A DNA stretch of 63,955 bases, filler included, from Thelocarpon superellum (Eukaryota), in NCBI GenBank assembly GCA_026025795.1. It is 3 parts of 3 records of this genome, joined end to end, with 100 filler letters (N's around TTAATTAATTAA, not from the genome) between each part and the next. Parts side by side here need not be neighbours in the genome. Positions count along the whole stretch, not along the records: positions 22,794 to 45,475 come from JAPEUG010000292.1; positions 45,576 to 63,955 come from JAPEUG010000362.1; 1 more part is not named here. The stretch is one strand, 5' to 3'. Below the pieces are notes generated by a model. The model saw only the letters and a program-made list of their open reading frames with translations, was not told the DNA's origin and did no database searches. The translations under genes and the position numbers were made by a program. Positions 37,070-47,573 of this stretch are shown one piece after another (position 1 is the first letter of the stretch; every line of letters begins with the position of its first letter).

Positions 37070-37930
37070 ATGAAGTTCGCCCAGCGCCCGGCATGGGGCC
37101 TGCTGCTCTTCTGCCTCGCCTTGGTGCCGGTGTCCCATACAGCGGATGTCGACGGGGCGTTGCAGCGCCGACAGAGCCCCACTTCGGGATCAACGTCAGA
37201 TTCGTCCAGCACGCCACCGGGCGACAACTCCGCGAGCAATCCTGGTGGAGGCTCCGCGAGTGTCAGCCCGTCGCCCTCGCCGAGCATCGTCACGGTACCA
37301 ACCCCGGTGAGCTCGCCAACTCCATCGGTCTCCGTCAGCCCTACCACCTCCACACTGCCCACTACCTTCACCACGCCGACGTCGAGCAGTTCCTTCTCAT
37401 TCAGCAGCTCCACTCCTACCTCGACGTCGACTCCTACCACAACGACTACCCTCTCGACGTCGACGCAATCCACATCGAGTAGCATTCAAAGCACCTCCTC
37501 GCCATCCCCAACCCCCACGTCGTCCGCCTCGCAAGTCATCGTGACGACTGTCATCACGAGCAGTGGCACGACTCATTCAGCCTTGGTGACGACCAGCACG
37601 CTGGTAGCGGCCAGCTCATCGGCGTCTGCTACCGGAGCCCCCAGCCTCAATAACGGTAGTGACGGATCCGGCAGCTCAGGTCTGAGCACACAGCAAAAGA
37701 ATATCGTTATTGGCGTCGTCGTGGGCGTCGGTGGAGCGATCCTGCTCATCGGACTTGCCGTGGTGGCGTGGCGAGTCTGGGGTCGGCGCAAGGACGGGCA
37801 GGAAGAGGACGACGACATGATAGATGGCGGCCATGAAAAGCGGACCAGTGTGGCGGGAAACGCCCCTTTCCGCTCCACTCTCGATCAGTACCATAATCCC
37901 GGCACGGTCAACGCCGCATCGAATTTCTAG
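37070..37930 (+). CDS. Type I membrane cell-wall sensor-like protein (Mid2-like); intronless
   Basis: Signal peptide, S/T/P-rich ectodomain, transmembrane helix IVIGVVVGVGGAILLIGLAVVAW, and cytosolic PFRSTLDQYH...NAASNF tail. Confidence 0.88.
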   Translation: MKFAQRPAWGLLLFCLALVPVSHTADVDGALQRRQSPTSGSTSDSSSTPPGDNSASNPGGGSASVSPSPSPSIVTVPTPVSSPTPSVSVSPTTSTLPTTFTTPTSSSSFSFSSSTPTSTSTPTTTTTLSTSTQSTSSSIQSTSSPSPTPTSSASQVIVTTVITSSGTTHSALVTTSTLVAASSSASATGAPSLNNGSDGSGSSGLSTQQKNIVIGVVVGVGGAILLIGLAVVAWRVWGRRKDGQEEDDDMIDGGHEKRTSVAGNAPFRSTLDQYHNPGTVNAASNF

Positions 37931-38467
37931 GGGCCGATTCAACGACGATCGCGCGCGCCTCCCCGGCGTCGCGGCTGGCGTAAGGATCTTGGGCGGCTAC
38001 GTTTCTTAACGTCACTCCATCGACTTCGATGCATTGCGACAACGGGCTGCTCTTTAACCCGCTGCCTTGGGGCCCTTCGGTAGGGAGACTTGGCGGACTT
38101 TGACCTGTTACACGACACAGGCACGGCATAGCGCGGCGGGATAACGCCAGACGGTTGTGTTCTTTTTCCTTTGACCGCGAACCTACTGTAACGGCTGCAG
38201 CGTATATTGGAGGCGACGCCCGCGGTGAAGCCAGTGGATTCAACTCATTTGTCACGCATGTGTATACAGACGCTGAGGCATTGGTTCCACATCTGATATC
38301 ACCTAATATCGAGACCAGCTCTGGCGTGGTCCCGGCTGACCCACAATAACAATCTTCCAAGGTTGAGGTCAGTGCAGGTATATCTCTGTACAAGCTACCA
38401 GACGCACGCCGAAATGTTTTCAGTTGGAGCTCTATCGATGTCATTGAAGCAGTACGGAGCCTAGATA

Positions 38468-38545
38468 GTCACGTGGTCTTTACATCCAAACGCGTAAAAT
38501 TAGGTAAGCGACGCGCTGTGGCCGTGAGGTTCTTGAGTCGCGACT
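38468..38545. promoter_or_regulatory. Putative promoter elements: E-box GTCACGTG, MCB box ACGCGT (38490-38495), and further CGCG cores
   Basis: The motifs are read directly upstream of the 38649 gene; their function is inferred from yeast consensus sequences. Confidence 0.4.
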
Positions 38546-38648
38546 TCGTCAATGGGGCGACGGACACCATCAGAGCAAGACTCCGGCTCACTTCATTCAC
38601 CTCAACGCCACGTCCCAGCCACGCCGGAGTCTCGACGAGCTCGCCAAC

Positions 38649-39401
38649 ATGCTGGCTCTGGCTTCCGGCTTGTGTGGCCTCGACCATCGACCCTTTCGGC
38701 CCTCACCTCTCTCGCCGACCTCCACGTCCGCCCATGCACCAAACTTCCCCGCCATGTCCCATCCCCACGACGGATCACATCGCATCAGTACCTTTGGCCG
38801 ACGCCCCATCCAGGCCAATCCGCTGCTCCAGCGTACCAAGGACACGCGCGAGCAGCGGCGAAATCTCTTCCTGAAAAAGATTCGAGACAGCGGCGAGGAG
38901 CGGCGATGGCAAGCACGGGGGCCAGATGAGGTGAGCGGCCGCTGCCCGTCTTGCGGATACGACTGCCTGCTTACCGCCGGTCGGGCAGGTGATGCGTACC
39001 GTCTTTCTGGCCGAGCGGAAACGCTGGGAGGAGATGCAGGCCCGTCTCGCGGCTCATGTGGTAGAAACTGAGCTCGACGATGAAACCAACATGCAGATGA
39101 CTGCCGACGATGTCCGAGGTGGGTTGCGTCGAGATCGTGATGATGCTTCGGCTGATGAGGATGCTCCATAGGGACCTTTTCCATCGAGCAACAGATTCCC
39201 GATGATGGGCCAGCGACGGAAGATACCTCCACATTCCCTTCCGGCAAACGTGACTTGCGCGACCGTCAGTCAACTTCGCAGTACGGCAGCGACGACGACG
39301 AATATAATGATCTGTTCCTGCAAATGATCGATCACTCGCCAGCCGGTCTAGGGGAGCTGGGTGAACGAAATGAAGAAGGCATGGACATGTCTCGGGGTTG
39401 A
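38649..39401 (+). CDS. Hypothetical fungal protein, conserved-looking; 3 exons
   Basis: Canonical introns 38931-38988 and 39119-39171 give ...REQRRNLFLKKIRDSGEERRWQARGPDE/VMRTVFLAERKRWEE.../...SQYGSDDDEYNDLFLQMID...MDMSRG*. Confidence 0.75.
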
Positions 39402-39561
39402 GGTATCGGCGCGGAGACCAGGCGTTTAAGAAGGAGCCCGTGGCGTTCTCATATATGTGTGGTGTTCTAAGTGTTCGAGGGTACGGGACGCGGCTGAAGA
39501 GCATCGGCCGATCACGTAATGTAGCTGACAAGGCCTAAGGGGCGGCCAACACAAGCAGCGC

Positions 39562-40701
39562 TCATTGCTGTGGACAGCCCGAATCAATATCTCCCAATGC
39601 ATCCTGCGCCGCGTTCAAATCACCAACGAGATCGGCGGGAGGTGAGCCAGCCGCTTGCATCTGCGCTGCGTTAGTGGGGCGGCATCTCTTCCACGTCGTA
39701 AAGGACTCGCCTTTTGCATCCGCTCCACGATGTATTCTCGGTCGGTGGGGTTGGAGTCGGAATAGCTTTTCTCCTCAAACTTGGTGACGATCTCTGCCAC
39801 CAGCGTCCGCTGCTCCTGATATCGCAGTAGGTCTTCGGCCGAGGTGGTCTGTCGATGCGTCTCCATCCAAGCCGGGTACTTCTCGTTCAGCTCCTTCATG
39901 GGCTCGTACAAGATCTCCTTGTTCGTGAGCTGCTCCATCATGCCCAGGAGGATCTTGGAGAAGTCTTCCTCGCCCCCGGATTGTCCGTCGAAGCCAGCGC
40001 CTTGCATCTGTTTCAGCATCTCTGCCAGCATGTCATCTCCCTCCTCTGACGTCGCGGCTGCTGTGGCCTGCTGTCCCGAGTCTTGCATGCGTTGCATCGT
40101 CTTGCGGATGGTCTCCTGGAAAGTCTCATCGGCACCCGCTGGTAAGGTGGATTCGGTGGCTGCCTCCGCGGATGCAGACTCTGCCCCCACGCTTGCACTC
40201 GGTGGATTTGCACTCCCCCTACCAATACCCTTGACGAGGTGCTCAAATTGTTCTTGCATCTCCGGCTACTTGGCATGAGCCACCGATTCCTCTGGACCAG
40301 CAGCGGTCTGCCAACTTACGGACGTGTCGAGTTCGCTCAAGAGATCGGCCATCCCGCTCTGTAATCGTTTTGCAAATTCCGTGTCCATGTCTCCGCCGGG
40401 TACTTCGGCCACGCATTCATGTGCTGGTGGGGCAGGCACCGGGGAGACTGCCGCAGCGGAAACTGCTGCCGCTGGCGCTGGCGCTGGCGGATCGATTTTG
40501 GTTGCGGCAAACTCATCGAGCATATCTGTGATGACATCAGCTGCCAGAATTGGTGAATGGTGAATATTGTGGATTCCGACCATCTAAATCATCCAAGTCA
40601 TCTTCCTCCGGATCGGGTATCTCTGGTACTACCGGCGGGGGAGGGGCCGTCGGAGGGACGGGACCCCCTCCCTGCTTGGGCATTTCCTTCTGGTCCTCCA
40701 T
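39562..40701 (-). CDS. PEX19: Peroxisomal membrane protein import receptor Pex19
   Basis: PDPEEDDLDDLD/DMLDEF, MMEQLTNKEILYEPMKELNEKYPAW, MQAAGSPP, and C-terminal CaaX box CPQQ*. Confidence 0.95.
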
Positions 40702-41310
40702 CTAACTGATCTAGTCAGGTCTGGGAGTCTGAGATCTGCCGGACATGCTTGACGTCCGTCTTGGACGAGAAGTATGAGAGCACGACCTCTGATCTAGATC
40801 CGTTGTTGGAGGTCCTCCCAAGGTAACAGCCGAGGTACGAACCAACGTAACTACGACGACCAGTGGAAATTCTCGCGCACCGTACTTGAACTCTGTGGTA
40901 GAGCCGCGATGATGTCCTCCCGGAACACATCACCAAGCTCTGTATCACACGACTCCTTATCTGAGATCTACGTTCCTGCCGCGGAACCTGGCCAGCCGAT
41001 CATCCGTTGATATCGTGGTAAAGGATCAAGGGAAAAGGCATTAACGGATTCCATCGCGTCGTTGGCGCCACCCCAGTCTGTCTCCATCATCAACTAAACT
41101 TTGCCGGTGCCATAATCCTTCCATCATGCCACCCCCTCCACCGTATTCCGTCGCCCGGCATTGCTTTTCAGTGTGGAGGGTCACATAAGCCTGACACATC
41201 TTAACCGTTAGGACGGCTCTTGTTTGCTCGTGCACTGACGACGTGGGCTCTGCTTTTACGATGCCGGCGCTAGCAAGATACGGCGATATGCCGCCTGCCC
41301 TCGATGCAAG

Positions 41311-41316
41311 TATAAA
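41311..41316 (+). promoter_or_regulatory. TATA box candidate
   Basis: TATAAA about 100 bp upstream of the ATG at 41410, in an otherwise GC-rich context. Confidence 0.45.
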
Positions 41317-41409
41317 GTCGAGGCCTGGCCGTCCACGCCGCCTCCCAAAGGAAACGCGAGGATCGGGGGATCTTGTTTTCCGAGCTCTGGTATCGCGGTC
41401 ATCACTCCC

Positions 41410-42138
41410 ATGTGGCTGATCTCTCTCCGCTGTCGGTCCACCACGGTGTGGACCGCGGCCGCTGTACTTCTTCTAAGATTCTCTCCGACCAGCGTGACTG
41501 CACATCCCACTTCCATCTCATCTTCTCCCTCTTCAAATGAGCACGCCTTGGCCAAACGCGCTTGGGTCCTCGACTGTCCGATTGCCCGGCCAAGAGACGA
41601 TGTGGCCTATCCCGCCGGATTTAGCAGCCGGTCGTTCACGTCCATGAGCCAACTCTGCGGGTCTGGGAACGTGGGGTGCACGTGCGACCCATCGAACGGA
41701 GATCTCTTGTGCCCTGGTCAGGAGTATCAGGAACCGCTCTTCAATCAGTTTTGGATGGATTGCTTCCATGATTGCGAGTGTGCCAATATCGGGCTGACGA
41801 CGCCGCGGAAGAAGGAACCGAGCGCGCAAATTTTACGAATGGGACAGCGGCCACATAGTGCGTACACGACGCCTGAGAAAGGGCAATGCGACGTGGACTG
41901 CCTCGACGACCCGACCTCGACCTCGACCTCTTCACCCACTTCGTCGGCGACCTTGCTGCCAAATCCGCCGTCAAGTCCATCAGGAGGTGAGGCGCAGTGC
42001 AACGCCAAATGCTCGAGCTCCAACAAGGCCTGTCCCTGCACCGGCTACGAGTGCATGCCGGATATGTGGTCCAGTCCCGGCTTGTGGTTTTTCACCGGCA
42101 TGTGTGTCCTCCATAAGATCAGCGAACCGGTGGGTTGA
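41410..42138 (+). CDS. Secreted cysteine-rich protein (242 aa), effector-like; intronless
   Basis: Signal peptide ending ...SVTA-HP, pro-region ending LAKR (Kex2-type site), and 16 Cys in the mature part arranged in modules separated by linkers. Confidence 0.8.
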   Translation: MWLISLRCRSTTVWTAAAVLLLRFSPTSVTAHPTSISSSPSSNEHALAKRAWVLDCPIARPRDDVAYPAGFSSRSFTSMSQLCGSGNVGCTCDPSNGDLLCPGQEYQEPLFNQFWMDCFHDCECANIGLTTPRKKEPSAQILRMGQRPHSAYTTPEKGQCDVDCLDDPTSTSTSSPTSSATLLPNPPSSPSGGEAQCNAKCSSSNKACPCTGYECMPDMWSSPGLWFFTGMCVLHKISEPVG

Positions 42139-42880
42139 GGGCGTACCGGCCGCGGAATTCATGTACGAAGAATGGCTTTTACTCTACATAGTACAGAGCA
42201 GACGATGTCCTGGAATGAAAGAGAGGCTTGAACTCATGATGCATGGCCAAAGATACTCGGGCTTGCAAGCAGCTGCCCCCGATGCACGGTATTTGGCCCC
42301 AAGCTCGAGCCGCGGAATTTGGAAGTGCCGAGGATCTGATGGCCAATGTGCCATTGGCAGCTCGCTGTACGAGGATGAGCTATGTCACGGGCGCACCACG
42401 CTTCTATCTGATCACATGCCGACTTCTTACGTAGCAGTTCAATAGACGTGGACATCCTGGTTGACATCGCTGTCGGTACGGGGTTCTCTTTATAACGCTC
42501 CAGGCCCGTATAGCCTATGGCCGAACCCAAACCACGGATTATGTCATCCTTCAATAGCATAACCAACCACCACCTGCTCCACGCTTGACCAGGACAAAGT
42601 CGAAATACGCTGCGGGGTGAAGCGGCAGATTAGAGCGGTGCAGGGGTCGAGTTTGCTTTCTTTCCTCCGTCCATCGGTCCGCGTAGACTAGACCGCACAG
42701 TGCCAAATCCCATCCACGCACATCCCCTCGGACTGTACGCCTTCCCGGGCTGTGGCAAGGCTACATTACGGATTAATTCGACCCACAGCTCTACCTGTCA
42801 TCGTCTCTCACATCATCTGCACCGCTGGCTTCTGTCCACAATCTTTCTTCTCTCCACGACCTTCCGAATCTATTGCCATC

Positions 42881-43513
42881 ATGTCATTGTGTCAGAATCG
42901 ACTGCAGGAAGAGCGGTATGAACTCTTGGGCGCGCGCAAGAAGGCAGCGATACTGACGTAGGGTGTCCTGCAGCAAACAGTGGCGTCGCGATCATCCCTT
43001 TGGCTTCTACGCCAAACCCCAACGTAATGCACAAGGCATTCTAGACCTCAAGAAGTGGGAGTGCGGGGTACCAGGCAAAGAGGCAACACTGTGGGAGGGC
43101 GGACTTTTCCGGCTGGACCTCACTTTCCCCGATGGTGAGCTCGACCGGGATGTTTTCGAGGCCGCCTAACTGATACGGTGTCCAGAATATCCCACAAAGC
43201 CACCCAAATGTACTGCTCTCCACACGCTTGACTGGCCGGGTTCGGCTAATTGGTCGCAGGCAAATTTGTCCCTCCTTTGTTCCATCCCAACGTCTACCCC
43301 TCCGGCACCGTGTGCCTCTCCATCTTGAACGAAGAAGAGGGGTGGAAACCAGCCATCACGGTCAAGGAGATCCTGCTCGGCATCCAGCACTTGCTCGACG
43401 ACCCGAACCCGGAATCGCCCGCGCAAGCGGACGCCTACAACCTGTTCAAAAAGGATCGACCGGCGTATGAGAGGAAGATCAAGCTTATCGTCCAACAAAA
43501 TGCGGCCCCCTGA
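42881..43513 (+). CDS. UBC9: SUMO-conjugating enzyme E2; 4 exons
   Basis: [54 protein letters not shown] and PNPESPAQ. Confidence 0.97.
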
Positions 43514-44633
43514 TCTCGGGTGGGGGGGAGGGGGATGGATTGGCGTTACAACGTTATCGGTGCGGTTCGGCGCGCATTGGTCGGGCTTCGGATGGACGGG
43601 GCTGTTGGCATGGGCATACCGACTGCCCACATCGTGTCCGTGGCATAGATCTCTGGGCCTCCAGCCCTCTAGATGCTTAAGATGGCGAGACCACGTCTCC
43701 CAATTCCATCGTAGCAGATGACGCGCGTAATCGTTTGTTATCCTTGGCTGATACGTCTCATCTACTGTCGCGAGAGCCACCATGAGGTGGCGGCTACACG
43801 GAAGAGGGTCCGCTACCCCGATCGCTGGCACATGTTATTCCCCCATCTCAGCGCTTCATCTCGCCGTGGCTTTCCACGAGGCTAACTCAAAGCTGCTGAG
43901 ATACCCGTCTTTGGCTTTCGACGAGACTGCTGCGATTCGAGAACGGCTCACGTCCCTCCCCAGGCGGTTCATCGGGCGCTAGTGAGGCATGAGAGGAGTG
44001 TCTACGTGAGAGGATGTGAGCTGTGTGTCGCGAGTGGGTAACGTCTCACTCACCTTCGATGGGGCAGCGCGGCACACTGCTGCCTCCACGCGGAAATGAG
44101 GCTCCCCGGAGGTAGTGCTAGACATGTCAGTTTAGCCGGATGCAAGTCTTCGTTGCCTCGTCCTCTTGCAACCTGCGAAGGCGCCGGGATAGCAGCTGGG
44201 CGGCCGGCGTCCATGGCGAATAGGATGGATATACAGGCGACTGGATATCCACAAAAGTTTGGCTCCATCTCTTGGACTCATATGGAGGGAACATCCAATC
44301 GTTGGCTCAGACCCTTGCAAGGCCAACACTCTCGACATCCCCACGCGCAAAGGATGCCGCATTCGCGGCTGATCTGAATCTATCGACGGGCAAGGAGAAC
44401 GAACAGGAGTGCAGCGATGCAAGTGGTTGGACGTTGTGGTCTCGTCGCTCCAAACGATGGACCGAATCTGTGATGAAAGGGGCGTGGGCACGAGCACTTG
44501 CCTCGTTGAGGCAAATGAGTTCATTCTGAGGGTGTAATTCCAAAGAGTAGATTGAGCTGTCCAGAGATGTTTTCCTTCCTGTCCTATGATGTCGCGCGGC
44601 AGTCCCGCGCCTCCTAGAATTCTTAACAATGTA

Positions 44634-45022
44634 CTAATTTTCAATACAGACAACACCTGTTTCATTCCCCAAAGCCTCATAAATAGCACCTTGCACACTT
44701 TCCTTTGGTGGAATCTCCGTTGTTGAAAATGTCACATGAGTTGACTCCAAGGTACTTTGTGGCCTGGGACAGTTATAGAAGGCAAATCCGAACAATGTTT
44801 CGGAAGTTGTGGTCGAAGTGAGTCGTGGTCGCAGAACGAATCATCGGAGACAATTGTAACGGTGTAATAGTGGAATAAATAATCGGTGTGATGGTAGGTG
44901 CAGCCGTCATTCTTATAGCCATTGCGTTTGTCGAGAGAAGGCTGGCCAACATGTGGTACGAATAGTGCTGCTGCTTGGAGAGAAAGAGCCAAGGAGGTGA
45001 CCAAAGTTGAGGTGATCTGCAT
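44634..45022 (-). pseudogene. Small secreted cysteine-containing protein gene with a 1-nt frameshift near 44782 (pseudogene or assembly error)
   Basis: MQITSTLVTSLALSLQAAA-LFVP...LDKR-NGYKNDGC...HCSDL continues in another frame as FYNCPRPQSTLESTHVTFSTTEIPPKESVQGAIYEALGNETGVVCIEN*. The span is 389 nt, one base short of a multiple of three. Confidence 0.55.
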
Positions 45023-45475
45023 GATGCCGAAGGTGCTATTTTCAACTTTGGTGATCGAGGAAAGTAGTGGAGATGAGAGACGTGGTAGCGGAGATGAGAG
45101 ACGTAAGAGTGGAGCACGATACATGGAGGAAGTGCAAGGTCTCTTTTGTACTCAGATTGAACGCATCTTGAACATTAACACAGTCTACAGGCATCACGCC
45201 CCGCAACTTGCAACGCCACTCTCACTTTTGTGCCACTCATTCAGACCACGAATCTTGCTACATTTGATGTCCTTTGATTATGCCCTCTTTCCAAGGACTT
45301 CCGATGCCATGCTGATATGCGATAAGTCACCCATTGCAAATGAGACAAGGTCAAGAGTAAGCTCTGAGCGTGAGGCAGAGACTCCGGCGAAGAACACCAG
45401 CGATGCGATTGGAAGAACATTGACGGATTACACATGACACACGAGTACACATGACACACGAGAACTCCTGCATGA

Positions 45476-45575
45476 NNNNNNNNNNNNNNNNNNNNNNNNN
45501 NNNNNNNNNNNNNNNNNNNTTAATTAATTAANNNNNNNNNNNNNNNNNNNNNNNNNNNNNNNNNNNNNNNNNNNN
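45476..45575. other. Artificial contig-joining spacer (N44-TTAATTAATTAA-N44)
   Basis: Same 100-bp construct as 22694-22793; it truncates the adjacent gene. Confidence 0.97.
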
Positions 45576-47573
45576 AGCAACGTCGCGTCATACCGTGTCT
45601 TGAAGACCTTTTGGAACTCGGCCGATCGATTCCATCGCGCGCCAAACACGCCCAGGACGGAAAAGACGTGGTTCACGCAGGCCACGGAACGCGCGCGATG
45701 GTCCACTCCCGGGACAGTCAACTCCGGAGACAGGCTGCGCAGGCTCGATGCGGAACCGGCGTCGCTGGGGTCGGCGCCCAGGACTCCATCGCGATCGTTC
45801 CAAGTAATGTCCAGGAAGCGATGGCCCATGAAATACACCCGCAAGGCCTCGTGAGGCGCACAATAGAATCGAACAGACGCATTTGACTGCAAGGCGAGCC
45901 TCATCCTCTGACAGAAGCTCGTGCAGTACTCAAAGGTCGACAGATTTACCCGTTGCTCAACGTCTTGAATCCGTCGCGATGGAGCCCGCACATACACCTG
46001 GCTATAGGCAAGCTCGAGCTCAAAGGTCGTTCGGATCCAGGCCGGCGTGCAAGCTGGCGTGGTCTCCAGCCAGCTCTGCATCTCTCGCGAGACTTTTGCG
46101 AGGCGAGCATCGGCGTCGGGATACGGCGAGCGACCGGCCTGGAACAGCTCCTGGTACCACGCAGATTGCAGACGCCGCATGCGGAACATGTGGAACGCCG
46201 AATCCAACGGCTGCAACTGTGCCTCCCAGAGTGACGATGGATGCGGCGGGTCTTGCTGGCGAGAGGGGAGTGCGACATCGACCGAGTCATCGGAGAAGGA
46301 GAAGGCTCGTCTCAAGACCATACTGATGGACCTGCATCAAGGTAGGGTTTCGTCAGCAGCTGTCTCACAGAAGGACACCGTCCTATCCACCTACCGGTCA
46401 AGCGAGTATACACAATAGAAGACTCGTCGGCGAAGCTCGGTAGCAGCATCCCGGTTCTGTCGGGGCCGATCTTGGTGCATGCCGAGATCGACCATGATCC
46501 GAGATGCGGCCCCAATGAGGTACCAACTGTCGAAATAGTCGGGCTGATACAGTGCGAACTGGGTCAGAAACAGGACGGCCTGCACCCCGGACATTGACCC
46601 CGGGTGTAACACCCGGTCGGCTTTGAGCAGGGCGGCGTTGACGAACCCGAGGGAATTTTCGTGCTCCACATCGCCCTTACGCTGGGATCGCGAGGCCGAG
46701 GCGATGGCCAAGACCATAAACACCACCCAGTGATCCCAGTCCCAGCCCTGCCGCTGATACATGGCATTGACCGAGGCGAAGAAGGAGGTCTCGGAGAAGA
46801 AAGGGAGCAAGACAAACTGGTGGGTCAGGTAATGTTGAAAGAGAGCCTGGGCGACGTGCCGGGCGGGCAACGAACGCATGGTCGAATCGGGGATGACCTC
46901 GAGGGTGGCAGGCGTCAAGATCAGATGGGAAAAGGACATGCCAGAGGTGAAACCATAGAAATCTCGCGACGTCGCGTTGACCGCCAGGAAGCCAAAGTCC
47001 GAGACGAGGCTTTCAATGTCATCGTCCTCCTGTTGTTGTTCCCGACTCGTTTTGACCAGCTCTTTGATCTCATCGGCCTTGGCGGGCGGAGAGGTGACGG
47101 GCGGGCTGCCAGCGACCTTGGCCACAGGCATCGGCCCGCCGGACTTCTGGGCTATCCTTCGCTCGAGGCTCTCGACGCGCGACTCTAGCGATGCAACATA
47201 GCTATGATCACTGAGCATCATGCGGGACCTAGCGGGATCCACACCAAGGGGAATCACCTCCGCTCCTTGCCCCGCGCGAATTGGTCCGTCACGCTCGTAC
47301 AGTCTCCGGCGCGACCCAATTTCTCGCAGGCCGTACAGGCTGGCAGCTTTCCATCACACTACGGAGCAAGGGCGGCCAGTCAGTGGACACAAGCGATGGT
47401 GGAGCCGGCACTCTTCAACGTTCTTACCTTCACTTTAGCCGCACGACCTAGACGATTCTCAGCCATGATGAGCGTGGACAGCAACGTATGGGTCACGTAC
47501 ATCGGGAGCAGGCCGAAACCGGTCGACTGACCCGTAGCATGGGAGTCTCGGCGCCGCTTCGCAAGGCCATCAT
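45576..47573 (-). CDS. Zn(II)2Cys6 transcription factor with fungal-specific TF domain (Stb5/Ppr1-like); 3' end cut by the gap
   Basis: Spliced MMALRSGAETPMLRVSRPVSACSR/CRAAKVK/CDGKLPACTACEKLGRAGDC...ERS/YVASLESRV, plus the middle homology region SWYLIGAASRIMVDLGMHQD...LRRRVFYCVYSLDR. Confidence 0.9.

Noticed and set aside
23369..40701. PCS60 and PEX19 as a peroxisomal gene cluster
   Set aside because: They are about 14 kb apart with many unrelated genes between them; likely coincidence.
43780..44560. Intron-like signals (GTGAGT, CTGAC...TAG) on the minus strand
   Set aside because: Trial splicing gave only short, featureless peptides.
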